Below are positions 44,972 to 55,117 of a DNA stretch of 64,000 nt, in pieces (the stretch's first letter is position 1; the number at the start of each line of letters is the position of its first letter). The position numbers were made by a program, and so were the translations under genes. Location of the stretch: positions 806,001 through 870,000 of the forward strand of contig OZ025785.1 of the NCBI GenBank assembly GCA_964019425.1, read 5' to 3'. The notes beneath the pieces were generated by a model. The model was given only the letters and a program-made list of their open reading frames with translations, had not been told where the DNA came from and did not search any database. Source of the stretch: Flectonema sp. DT1601. Its lineage: Eukaryota.

Positions 44972-45712
44972 TTTGTGTAAAATTAAATCTATCGATAAGA
45001 TAAGAAGTGATGCACAACTCACAATTAGTATTCAAAACAACTCAATTTAACTATCTCACGCAATAAGAAATCAAAGCATCCCTGTTATAGTAAAAAGTAT
45101 TAATATTGAACCGAAGAATAAGAATGTTTCATCATCACGGCCTGGCAATAAAGTTGCGGTAAAGATTAATAACCAGCAACAAGCAGAACCGTTGGATAGT
45201 AATTTAGATTCAATAAGAGAGTTTCCATAAAAAAGGAATTTCACAATTGATATTGTAAGAGACAAAAGGTAATTAAAAGAGAGGAGGTGAGAAGGAAATA
45301 TGATGGAACTGGCAGGCCACAGGAAGTGGCGTTCAGACTTACTCAAAGAAACTGACTTAGACGAAGACTTTCTTTTACTAAGTTAGAAACTAAAAGAAAA
45401 AATAAATTATTAAAAATATTTAGTTTGATTCACATTGCTGTTTGTGATTATTACAAAAAGAAGTTACATTTCATTTCTGATTCCCAATTAAACTCTGCTG
45501 TCTAAAGCAACCCAAAACAGTGGACAGATGTATTTGAGGAAGCATCATGAAAAGCAGGAGAGACAAATTAATTATAAACAAACGAAAATATAACTTCATC
45601 AAAATTAATCATTGTAAATACACAAAACTATACTATACTATTCAAGGTACTGACATTAACCAATGAAGGAAAATATTTTTTATCATTTGATTTTCTTTTT
45701 TTGCATGCTTGA

Positions 45713-48700
45713 TTAGAGCGAACAATTTTCAGTTTCCAAGAGGACTGCTTCCACTTCAACGTCTTTTAATTCAAACTTTTTCTCCGAAGAAAAAGGTGAT
45801 TCGATGTCACTCATTTCATCTTTCCCTTCTCTAAAACAAAAGCAGTAGGTGACAGCAATCACAATACAGGTCAGGACGACAAGACAAATACTTCCAATAA
45901 TAATCCAAATGTATTCATTATTACCACCTTCACGATCTTCCTCATAATCATCTTCATTAATAGAACTTGCAGCCACAACACCTGTTCCACTGAATGCATT
46001 GGAACTGTTTGAAGAGTTGGAGAGTGCCGCGAAGTCAGATTCAATGATTTCAACAGCGTTGCTGAAGCTCGCTCCCTGTTCCATCGTCAATTGGTATTCA
46101 ACATATGATGAACCAGACTCACTAATAGAAACTTCTCTTTCGCTTTCACTCCCTTCAACGCATCCGGCAGCGGCTCTTAAATCCACCGTTCCAGGACAGG
46201 CAAGAGAAACACATTGTGAAGTCGGACACGCAAACACAATGGCAACTTTTTGAACCACAATACCATTCTTGTTTGCTGACTTCAGAACAGCATCTTTTAA
46301 CTGATTGAATGATATCTTAGATGGTGAACTCAGTACTTTAAGGAAAGTGTGCAATGAACGTCTGGAGATATCATTCTGATCCTTACTATTGCTTCCTTCG
46401 TGTTTGTCACTGCCGTGATCGTAGCTGTTGCTTTCTTCATGCTTGTCACTGCCGTGATCCTTGCTGTTGCTTCCTTCGTGCTTGTCACTGCCGTGATCAT
46501 AGCTGTTGCTTTCTTCGTGTTTGTCACTGCCGTGATCGTAGCTGTTGCTTTCTTCATGCTTGTCACTGCCGTGATCCTTGCTGTTGCTTCCTTCGTGCTT
46601 GTCACTGCCGTGATCATAGCTGTTGCTTTCTTCGTGCTTGTCACTGCCGTGATCGTAGCTGTTGCTTTCTTCGTGCTTGTCACTGCCGTGATCATAGCTG
46701 TTGCTTTCTTCATGCTTGTCACTGCCGTGATCATAGCTGTTGCTTTCTTCATGCTTGTCACTGCCGTGATCATAGCTGTTGCTTTCTTCATGCTTGTCAC
46801 TGCCGTGATCATAGCTGTTGCTTCCTTCGTGCTTGTCACTGCCGTGATCCTTGCTGTTGCTTTCTTCATGCTTGTCACTACCGTGATCCTTGCTGTTGCT
46901 TTCTTCGTGCTTGTCACTGCCGTGATCATAGCTGTTGCTTTCTTCATGCTTGTCGCTGCCGTGATCATAGCTGTTGCTTTCTTCGTGCTTGTCACTGCCG
47001 TGATCCTTGCTGTTGCTTCCTTCGTGCTTGTCACTGCCGTGATCATAGCTGTTGCTTTCTTCATGCTTGTCACTGCCGTGATCATAGCTGTTGCTTTCTT
47101 CATGCTTGTCACTGCCGTGATCATAGCTGTTGCTTCCTTCGTGCTTGTCACTGCCGTGATCATAGCTGTTGCTTTCTTCATGCTTGTCACTGCCGTGATC
47201 ATAGCTGTTGCTTCCTTCGTGCTTGTCACTGCCGTGATCATAGCTGTTGCTTTCTTCATGCTTGTCACTGCCGTGATCATTGCTGTTGCTTCCTTCGTGC
47301 TTGTCACTGCCGTGATCATAGCTGTTGCTTTCTTCATGCTTGTCACTGCCGTGATCATAGCTGTTGCTTCCTTCGAGCTTGTCACTGCCGTGATCATAGC
47401 TGTTGCTTTCTTCATGCTTGTCACTGCCGTGATCCTTGTTGTTGCTTTCTTCATGCTTGTCACTGCCGTGATCATAGCTGTTGCTTCCTTCGTGCTTGTC
47501 ACTGCCGTGATCATAGCTGTTGCTTTCTTCATGCTTGTCACTGCCGTGATCATAGCTGTTGCTTCCTTCGTGCTTGTCACTGCCGTGATCATAGCTGTTG
47601 CTTTCTTCATGCTTGTCACTGCCGTGATCATAGCTGTTGCTTTCTTCATGTTTGTCACTGCCGTGATCATAGCTGTTGCTTTCTTCGTGCTTGTCACTGC
47701 CGTGATCATAGCTGTTGCTTTCTTCATGCTTGTCACTGCCGTGATCATAGCTGTTGCTTCCTTCGTGCTTGTCACTGCCGTGATCCTTGCTGTTGCTTTC
47801 TTCATGCTTGTCACTACCGTGATCCTTGCTGTTGCTTTCTTCGTGCTTGTCACTGCCGTGATCATAGCTGTTGCTTTCTTCATGCTTGTCGCTGCCGTGA
47901 TCATAGCTGTTGCTTTCTTCGTGCTTGTCACTGCCGTGATCATAGCTGTTGCTTCCTTCGTGCTTGTCACTGCCGTGATCCTTGCTGTTGCTTCCTTCGT
48001 GCTTGTCACTGCCGTGATCATAGCTGTTGCTTTCTTCATGCTTGTCACTGCCGTGATCATAGCTGTTGCTTTCTTCATGCTTGTCACTGCCGTGATCATA
48101 GCTGTTGCTTCCTTCGTGCTTGTCACTGCCGTGATCATAGCTGTTGCTTTCTTCATGCTTGTCACTGCCGTGATCATAGCTGTTGCTTCCTTCGTGCTTG
48201 TCACTGCCGTGATCATAGCTGTTGCTTTCTTCATGCTTGTCACTGCCGTGATCATAGCTGTTGCTTCCTTCGTGCTTGTCACTGCCGTGATCATAGCTGT
48301 TGCTTTCTTCATGCCTGTCACTGCCGTGATCCTTGCTGTTGCTTTCTTCATGCTTGTCACTGCCGTGATCATAGCTGTTGCTTCCTTCGTGCTTGTCACT
48401 GCCGTGATCATAGCTGTTGCTTTCTTCATGCTTGTCACTGCCGTGATCATAGCTGTTGCTTCCTTCGTGCTTGTCACTGCCGTGATCATAGCTGTTGCTT
48501 CCTTCGTGCTTGTCACTGCCGTGATCATAGCTGTTGCTTTCTTCATGCTTGTCACTGCCGTGATCCTTGCTGTTGCTTTCTTCATGCTTGTCACTGCCGT
48601 GATCATAGCTGTTGCTTCCTTCGTGCTTGTCACTGCCGTGATCATAGCTGTTGCTTCCTTCGTGCTTGTCACTGCCGTGATCCTTGCTGTTGCTTTCTTC

Positions 48701-51700
48701 ATGCTTGTCACTACCGTGATCCTTGCTGTTGCTTTCTTCGTGCTTGTCACTGCCGTGATCATAGCTGTTGCTTTCTTCATGCTTGTCGCTGCCGTGATCA
48801 TAGCTGTTGCTTTCTTCGTGCTTGTCACTGCCGTGATCATAGCTGTTGCTTCCTTCGTGCTTGTCACTGCCGTGATCCTTGCTGTTGCTTCCTTCGTGCT
48901 TGTCACTGCCGTGATCATAGCTGTTGCTTTCTTCATGCTTGTCACTGCCGTGATCATAGCTGTTGCTTTCTTCATGCTTGTCACTGCCGTGATCATAGCT
49001 GTTGCTTCCTTCGTGCTTGTCACTGCCGTGATCATAGCTGTTGCTTTCTTCATGCTTGTCACTGCCGTGATCATAGCTGTTGCTTCCTTCGTGCTTGTCA
49101 CTGCCGTGATCATAGCTGTTGCTTTCTTCATGCTTGTCACTGCCGTGATCATAGCTGTTGCTTCCTTCGTGCTTGTCACTGCCGTGATCATAGCTGTTGC
49201 TTTCTTCATGCTTGTCACTGCCGTGATCATAGCTGTTGCTTCCTTCGTGCTTGTCACTGCCGTGATCATAGCTGTTGCTTTCTTCATGCTTGTCACTGCC
49301 GTGATCCTTGCTGTTGCTTTCTTCATGCTTGTCACTGCCGTGATCATAGCTGTTGCTTCCTTCGTGCTTGTCACTGCCGTGATCATAGCTGTTGCTTTCT
49401 TCATGCTTGTCACTGCCGTGATCATAGCTGTTGCTTCCTTCGTGCTTGTCACTGCCGTGATCATAGCTGTTGCTTTCTTCATGCTTGTCACTGCCGTGAT
49501 CATAGCTGTTGCTTTCTTCATGTTTGTCACTGCCGTGATCATAGCTGTTGCTTTCTTCGTGCTTGTCACTGCCGTGATCATAGCTGTTGCTTTCTTCATG
49601 CTTGTCACTGCCGTGATCATAGCTGTTGCTTCCTTCGTGCTTGTCACTGCCGTGATCCTTGCTGTTGCTTTCTTCATGCTTGTCACTACCGTGATCCTTG
49701 CTGTTGCTTTCTTCGTGCTTGTCACTGCCGTGATCATAGCTGTTGCTTTCTTCATGCTTGTCGCTGCCGTGATCATAGCTGTTGCTTTCTTCGTGCTTGT
49801 CACTGCCGTGATCATAGCTGTTGCTTCCTTCGTGCTTGTCACTGCCGTGATCCTTGCTGTTGCTTCCTTCGTGCTTGTCACTGCCGTGATCATAGCTGTT
49901 GCTTTCTTCATGCTTGTCACTGCCGTGATCATAGCTGTTGCTTTCTTCATGCTTGTCACTGCCGTGATCATAGCTGTTGCTTCCTTCGTGCTTGTCACTG
50001 CCGTGATCATAGCTGTTGCTTTCTTCATGCTTGTCACTGCCGTGATCATAGCTGTTGCTTCCTTCGTGCTTGTCACTGCCGTGATCATAGCTGTTGCTTT
50101 CTTCATGCTTGTCACTGCCGTGATCATAGCTGTTGCTTCCTTCGTGCTTGTCACTGCCGTGATCATAGCTGTTGCTTTCTTCATGCTTGTCACTGCCGTG
50201 ATCATAGCTGTTGCTTCCTTCGTGCTTGTCACTGCCGTGATCATAGCTGTTGCTTTCTTCATGCTTGTCACTGCCGTGATCCTTGCTGTTGCTTTCTTCA
50301 TGCTTGTCACTGCCGTGATCATAGCTGTTGCTTCCTTCGTGCTTGTCACTGCCGTGATCATAGCTGTTGCTTTCTTCATGCTTGTCACTGCCGTGATCAT
50401 AGCTGTTGCTTCCTTCGTGCTTGTCACTGCCGTGATCATAGCTGTTGCTTTCTTCATGCTTGTCACTGCCGTGATCATAGCTGTTGCTTTCTTCATGTTT
50501 GTCACTGCCGTGATCATAGCTGTTGCTTTCTTCGTGCTTGTCACTGCCGTGATCATAGCTGTTGCTTTCTTCATGCTTGTCACTGCCGTGATCATAGCTG
50601 TTGCTTCCTTCGTGCTTGTCACTGCCGTGATCCTTGCTGTTGCTTTCTTCATGCTTGTCACTACCGTGATCCTTGCTGTTGCTTTCTTCGTGCTTGTCAC
50701 TGCCGTGATCATAGCTGTTGCTTTCTTCATGCTTGTCGCTGCCGTGATCATAGCTGTTGCTTTCTTCGTGCTTGTCACTGCCGTGATCATAGCTGTTGCT
50801 TCCTTCGTGCTTGTCACTGCCGTGATCCTTGCTGTTGCTTCCTTCGTGCTTGTCACTGCCGTGATCATAGCTGTTGCTTTCTTCATGCTTGTCACTGCCG
50901 TGATCATAGCTGTTGCTTTCTTCATGCTTGTCACTGCCGTGATCATAGCTGTTGCTTCCTTCGTGCTTGTCACTGCCGTGATCATAGCTGTTGCTTTCTT
51001 CATGCTTGTCACTGCCGTGATCCTTGCTGTTGCTTTCTTCATGCTTGTCACTGCCGTGATCATAGCTGTTGCTTCCTTCGTGCTTGTCACTGCCGTGATC
51101 ATAGCTGTTGCTTTCTTCATGCTTGTCACTGCCGTGATCATAGCTGTTGCTTCCTTCGTGCTTGTCACTGCCGTGATCATAGCTGTTGCTTTCTTCATGC
51201 TTGTCACTGCCGTGATCATAGCTGTTGCTTTCTTCATGCTTGTCACTGCCGTGATCATAGCTGTTGCTTTCTTCGTGCTTGTCACTGCCGTGATCATAGC
51301 TGTTGCTTTCTTCATGCTTGTCACTGCCGTGATCATAGCTGTTGCTTCCTTCGTGCTTGTCACTGCCGTGATCATAGCTGTTGCTTTCTTCGTGCTTGTC
51401 ACTGCCGTGATCGTAGCTGTTGCTTTCTTCATGCTTGTCACTGCCGTGATCATAGCTGTTGCTTTCTTCGTGCTTGTCACTGCCGTGATCATAGCTGTTG
51501 CTTCCTTCGTGCTTGTCACTGCCGTGATCATAGCTGTTGCTTTCTTCGTGCTTGTCACTGCCGTGATCATAGCTGTTGCTTTCTTCATGTTTGTCACTGC
51601 CGTGATCATAGCTGTTGCTTTCTTCGTGCTTGTCACTGCCGTGATCGTAGCTGTTGCTTTCTTCGTGCTTGTCACTGCCGTGATCATAGCTGTTGCTTTC

Positions 51701-52333
51701 TTCGTGCTTGTCACTGCCGTGATCATAGCTGTTGCTTCCTTCGTGCTTGTCACTGCCGTGATCATAGCTGTTGCTTCCTTCGTGCTTGTCACTGCCGTGA
51801 TCGTAGCTGTTGCTTCCTTCGTGCTTGTCACTGCCGTGATCATAGCTGTTGCTTCCTTCGTGCTTGTCACTGCCGTGATCGTAGCTGTTGCTTTCTTCGT
51901 GCTTGTCACTGCCGTGATCATAGCTGTTGCTTCCTTCGTGCTTGTCACTGCCGTGATCCTTGCTGTTGCTTTCTTCATGCTTGTCACTGCCGTGATCCTT
52001 GCTGTTGCTTTCTTCATGCTTGTCACTGCCGTGATCATAGCTGTTGCTTTCTTCATGCTTGTCACTGCCGTGATCATAGCTGTTGCTTTCTTCATGCTTG
52101 TCACTGCCGTGATCCTTGCTGTTGCTGTCACCACTCTCTTTCTTTGAGCCATCAGTAAACATGTCATCAGTTGAACTCATCGATGAGTTAGATGAGGATG
52201 AGTTGATATCATCTTTGACAGTTGGCAATAACTTGTCTCCATCATTCGTACCAGTCACGACGCTCGGATTCATATCTTCTGAAGAAAGACAAACCGCGAT
52301 CAGCGACACAAATAATATCATGCGAGAACACAT
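45713..52333 (-). CDS. His/Asp/Ser-rich tandem-repeat type I membrane protein, copy 4 (~147 repeats)
   Basis: Same architecture, ATG at 52333. ORF is exactly 7 x 13 aa shorter than copy 3. Confidence 0.9.
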   Translation of the reverse strand: MCSRMILFVSLIAVCLSSEDMNPSVVTGTNDGDKLLPTVKDDINSSSSNSSMSSTDDMFTDGSKKESGDSNSKDHGSDKHEESNSYDHGSDKHEESNSYDHGSDKHEESNSKDHGSDKHEESNSKDHGSDKHEGSNSYDHGSDKHEESNSYDHGSDKHEGSNSYDHGSDKHEGSNSYDHGSDKHEGSNSYDHGSDKHEGSNSYDHGSDKHEESNSYDHGSDKHEESNSYDHGSDKHEESNSYDHGSDKHEESNSYDHGSDKHEESNSYDHGSDKHEGSNSYDHGSDKHEESNSYDHGSDKHEESNSYDHGSDKHEESNSYDHGSDKHEGSNSYDHGSDKHEESNSYDHGSDKHEESNSYDHGSDKHEESNSYDHGSDKHEESNSYDHGSDKHEGSNSYDHGSDKHEESNSYDHGSDKHEGSNSYDHGSDKHEESNSKDHGSDKHEESNSYDHGSDKHEGSNSYDHGSDKHEESNSYDHGSDKHEESNSYDHGSDKHEGSNSKDHGSDKHEGSNSYDHGSDKHEESNSYDHGSDKHEESNSYDHGSDKHEESNSKDHGSDKHEESNSKDHGSDKHEGSNSYDHGSDKHEESNSYDHGSDKHEESNSYDHGSDKHEESNSYDHGSDKHEESNSYDHGSDKHEGSNSYDHGSDKHEESNSYDHGSDKHEGSNSYDHGSDKHEESNSKDHGSDKHEESNSYDHGSDKHEGSNSYDHGSDKHEESNSYDHGSDKHEGSNSYDHGSDKHEESNSYDHGSDKHEGSNSYDHGSDKHEESNSYDHGSDKHEGSNSYDHGSDKHEESNSYDHGSDKHEESNSYDHGSDKHEGSNSKDHGSDKHEGSNSYDHGSDKHEESNSYDHGSDKHEESNSYDHGSDKHEESNSKDHGSDKHEESNSKDHGSDKHEGSNSYDHGSDKHEESNSYDHGSDKHEESNSYDHGSDKHEESNSYDHGSDKHEESNSYDHGSDKHEGSNSYDHGSDKHEESNSYDHGSDKHEGSNSYDHGSDKHEESNSKDHGSDKHEESNSYDHGSDKHEGSNSYDHGSDKHEESNSYDHGSDKHEGSNSYDHGSDKHEESNSYDHGSDKHEGSNSYDHGSDKHEESNSYDHGSDKHEGSNSYDHGSDKHEESNSYDHGSDKHEESNSYDHGSDKHEGSNSKDHGSDKHEGSNSYDHGSDKHEESNSYDHGSDKHEESNSYDHGSDKHEESNSKDHGSDKHEESNSKDHGSDKHEGSNSYDHGSDKHEGSNSYDHGSDKHEESNSKDHGSDKHEESNSYDHGSDKHEGSNSYDHGSDKHEGSNSYDHGSDKHEESNSYDHGSDKHEGSNSYDHGSDKHEESNSKDHGSDRHEESNSYDHGSDKHEGSNSYDHGSDKHEESNSYDHGSDKHEGSNSYDHGSDKHEESNSYDHGSDKHEGSNSYDHGSDKHEESNSYDHGSDKHEESNSYDHGSDKHEGSNSKDHGSDKHEGSNSYDHGSDKHEESNSYDHGSDKHEESNSYDHGSDKHEESNSKDHGSDKHEESNSKDHGSDKHEGSNSYDHGSDKHEESNSYDHGSDKHEESNSYDHGSDKHEESNSYDHGSDKHEESNSYDHGSDKHEGSNSYDHGSDKHEESNSYDHGSDKHEGSNSYDHGSDKHEESNNKDHGSDKHEESNSYDHGSDKLEGSNSYDHGSDKHEESNSYDHGSDKHEGSNSNDHGSDKHEESNSYDHGSDKHEGSNSYDHGSDKHEESNSYDHGSDKHEGSNSYDHGSDKHEESNSYDHGSDKHEESNSYDHGSDKHEGSNSKDHGSDKHEESNSYDHGSDKHEESNSYDHGSDKHEESNSKDHGSDKHEESNSKDHGSDKHEGSNSYDHGSDKHEESNSYDHGSDKHEESNSYDHGSDKHEESNSYDHGSDKHEESNSYDHGSDKHEESNSYDHGSDKHEGSNSKDHGSDKHEESNSYDHGSDKHEESNSYDHGSDKHEGSNSKDHGSDKHEESNSYDHGSDKHEGSNSKDQNDISRRSLHTFLKVLSSPSKISFNQLKDAVLKSANKNGIVVQKVAIVFACPTSQCVSLACPGTVDLRAAAGCVEGSESEREVSISESGSSYVEYQLTMEQGASFSNAVEIIESDFAALSNSSNSSNAFSGTGVVAASSINEDDYEEDREGGNNEYIWIIIGSICLVVLTCIVIAVTYCFCFREGKDEMSDIESPFSSEKKFELKDVEVEAVLLETENCSL
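46385..52127. repeat. 39-bp coding minisatellite, ~147 units with higher-order structure
   Basis: Same unit and marker variants as copy 3. Confidence 0.97.
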
Positions 52334-52961
52334 TTTGTGTAAAATTAAATCTATCGATAAGATAAGAAGTGATGCACAACTCACAATTAGTATTCAAAAC
52401 AACTCAATTTAACTATCTCACGCAATAAGAAATCAATGCATCCCTGTTGTAGTAAAAAGTTTAAATATTACACCGCAAAATGAAAAATGTTTTATCATCA
52501 CGGTCTGGCAATAAAGTTGCGATAAAAATTGATAACCAGCAACAAGCAGAACCGTCGGATAGTAATTTAGTTAAAAATTTGAATTCAATTTATAAAAGGG
52601 TCCGAAGTATCTTTCCTCTATTGAGTTAAAAAAAGTAAAAGACGAAATAAATTAGTAAAATTCACATTGTTGTTTGGGATTATTATAAAAGGAAGTTATC
52701 ATTTATTCGCGATTTTCAAAAAAATACTTTGTTGTCTAATTAAACATATTCTAGAAAAAGCAACCCAAAACATTGGACAGATGTATTTGAGGAAGCATCA
52801 TGAAAAGCAAGTGAGACAAACTAATTATAAACAAACGAAAAATATAACTTCATCAAAATAAAACATTATAATTACACAAAGCAAAATTATACCAGGTTCT
52901 GACATTAACTAGTAAAGGAAAATGCTCTTTTATCATTTGATTTGTTTACTTATGCTCGATT

Positions 52962-54317
52962 TTAAATGCTACGTTTTTCAGTTTCCAAGTTGACTTCCTC
53001 TTCTTCAACGTCTTTTAATTCAAATCTTTTCTCCGAAGAAAAAGGTGATTCGATGTCACTCATTTCATCTTTCCCTTTTCTAAAACAAAAGCAGTAGGTG
53101 ACAGCAATCACAATACAGGTCAGGACGACAAGGCAAATACTTCCAATAATAATCCACACGTATTTATGATCGTGTTGATGGTCCTCATGATCATCTTCAT
53201 TAATAGAACTTGCAGCCACAACACCTGTTCCACTGAATGCATTGGAACTGTTGGAAGAGTTGGAGAGTGCCGCGACGTCAGATTCAATTATTTCAACAGC
53301 GTTGCTGAAGCTCGCTCCCTGTTCCATCGTCAATTGGTATTCAACATATGATGAACCAGACTCACTAATAGAAACTTCTCTTTCACTTTCACTCCCTTCC
53401 ACGCATCCGGCAGCGGCTCTTAATTCCACCGTTGCAGGACAAGCAAGAGAAACACATTGTGAAGTCGGACACGCAAACACAATGGCAACTTTTTGAACCA
53501 CAATACCATTCTTGTTTGCTGACTTCAGAACAGCATCTTTTAACTGATTGAATGATATCTTAGATGGTGAACTCTGTACTTTAAGGAAAGTGTGCAATGA
53601 ACGTCTGGAGATATCATGCTTGTCACCGTCGTGATCATGCTCATAACTGTTGCTGTGTTCATGATTATCACTGCCGTGATCATGTTCATAGCTGTTGCTG
53701 TGTTCATGACTGTGATCATGTTCATAGCTGTTGCTGTGTTCATGACTGTGATCATGCTCATAACTGTTGCTGTGTACATGATTATCACTGCCGTGATCAT
53801 GTTCATAGCTGTTGCTGTGTTCATGATTATCACTGCCGTGATCATGTTCATAGCTGTTGCTGTGTTCATGACTGTGATCATGCTCATAACTGTTGCTGTG
53901 TTCATGATTATCACTGCCGTGATCATGTTCATAGCTGTTGCTGTGTTCATGATTATCACTGCCGTGATCATGTTCATAGCTGTTGCTGTGTTCATGATTA
54001 TCACTGCCGTGATCATGCTCATAGCTGTTGCTGTGTTCATGACTGTGATCATGCTCATAGCTGTTGCTGTGTTCATGACTGTGATCATGCTCATAGCTGT
54101 TGCTGTGTTCATGACTGTGATCATGTTCATAGCTGTTGCTGTGTTCATGACTGTGATCATGCTCATAGCTGTTGCTGTGTACATGATTATCACTGCCGTG
54201 ATCATGTTCATAGCTGTTGCTGTGTTCATGATTATCACTGCCGTGATCATGGCTATTGCTATCTGAAGAAAGACAAACAGCTATCAGCGAAACAAATAAT
54301 ATGGTTCGAGAACACAT
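52962..54317 (-). CDS. His-rich tandem-repeat type I membrane protein, copy 5 (divergent 12/15-aa repeats)
   Basis: ATG at 54317, signal peptide MCSRTILFVSLIAVCLS, ~15 units of HSNSYEHDHGSDNHE or HSNSYEHDHSHE, same C-terminal domain and TM helix. Confidence 0.9.
   Translation of the reverse strand: MCSRTILFVSLIAVCLSSDSNSHDHGSDNHEHSNSYEHDHGSDNHVHSNSYEHDHSHEHSNSYEHDHSHEHSNSYEHDHSHEHSNSYEHDHSHEHSNSYEHDHGSDNHEHSNSYEHDHGSDNHEHSNSYEHDHGSDNHEHSNSYEHDHSHEHSNSYEHDHGSDNHEHSNSYEHDHGSDNHVHSNSYEHDHSHEHSNSYEHDHSHEHSNSYEHDHGSDNHEHSNSYEHDHDGDKHDISRRSLHTFLKVQSSPSKISFNQLKDAVLKSANKNGIVVQKVAIVFACPTSQCVSLACPATVELRAAAGCVEGSESEREVSISESGSSYVEYQLTMEQGASFSNAVEIIESDVAALSNSSNSSNAFSGTGVVAASSINEDDHEDHQHDHKYVWIIIGSICLVVLTCIVIAVTYCFCFRKGKDEMSDIESPFSSEKRFELKDVEEEEVNLETEKRSI
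53630..54260. repeat. Interspersed 36-bp and 45-bp coding minisatellite
   Basis: Two related unit lengths sharing gctgttgctgtgttcatga and gtgatcatg. Confidence 0.93.
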
Positions 54318-55117
54318 TTTATATTTAAGTGGAATCTGCAAAAGTGAAATATAAAAAGGTTTAAAAAATCAATTAAAGTAGTCGGATATGACATTGTTGT
54401 GAAGAACATGAGAATCACCTGTTGGGAATATGTTATTATTGTTTGATGTATTTTAATGTTTTTTTATTTTTTTTTTTTAATTTGTTCTAAATTCAAAAAA
54501 TCATCAGAGACGAAAACTTAAATATCGCAAATAATCTATTGTTAGATGCTAGGAAATAGATCAACAAAATAATAATTCGAAAAAAAAAAAAGGAGAAAAA
54601 AAAAAAAAAAGAGAGAAACACATGCTGTTCTGAACCAATTAATATTTTGTAATATTTTTATAAATAAGTAAACCAGAAAGTTGGATTCAAGTCATCGTCA
54701 CGACGACATTGTCTACAGATTGTGTGTATTTAAAAACTCTTTAATTAAAGAAGGAAATAAAATGGATATAAAAAAGTGATGAAACTAAGCTAATTTATTG
54801 AATGCCAAGTTGCAATTTTTTCTAGTGGTCGATGACACGAAATCACGTGTTAGCAGCAGGGAAAGAAAAAAAAAAAAAGAAACACAACAAGTCTTCATGC
54901 TGCTACAGAGAAGGACAAACTAAAGAAAAAACTGCTCACTTTTCATGCTCTCAATAATAGCCAAAATAATAAAAAAAAAAAAACATAACATAGAATATCT
55001 AAAGGATGGTACAAAACAGTAAAAATTGAAATAATAATAATAATAATAAAAAAGGAAGGGGAAAAAAATTTTAGACAAAAAAGTAAAAAACTTCATTCCG
55101 TAATTATGGATGAGTGC

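Larger units (their letters stand above)
29160..54330 (-). repeat. Tandem array of five [spacer + repeat-protein gene] units
   Basis: A ~0.6-0.7 kb spacer recurs at ~29160, ~32690, ~37389, ~45024 and ~52386 (the last more diverged), each next to a near-identical gene 3' end. Confidence 0.95.

Noticed and set aside
30510..52127. CRISPR-like appearance of the 39-bp periodic repeats
   Set aside because: No unique spacers, no cas genes, eukaryotic context, and the repeats are in-frame coding.
30423..54266. Hydrophobic (VTAVILAVAFFML)n plus-strand ORFs and Thr/Ala-rich (ITAVTSMKKATA)n alternative minus-frame ORFs
   Set aside because: Same repeat-shadow effect. Only the His/Asp frame connects signal peptide, C-terminal domain and TM helix.
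34009..54328. Very long plus-strand Cys/His-rich ORFs (CCFLHACHCRDHS)n resembling giant metallothioneins
   Set aside because: Antisense shadow of the AGC-AAC-AGC codons. A 13-codon unit is often stop-free in other frames by chance, and repetition extends that. The ORFs end at the repeat edges, copy 1 lacks the ATG, and they oppose the cluster strand. Stranded RNA-seq or proteomics could overturn this.
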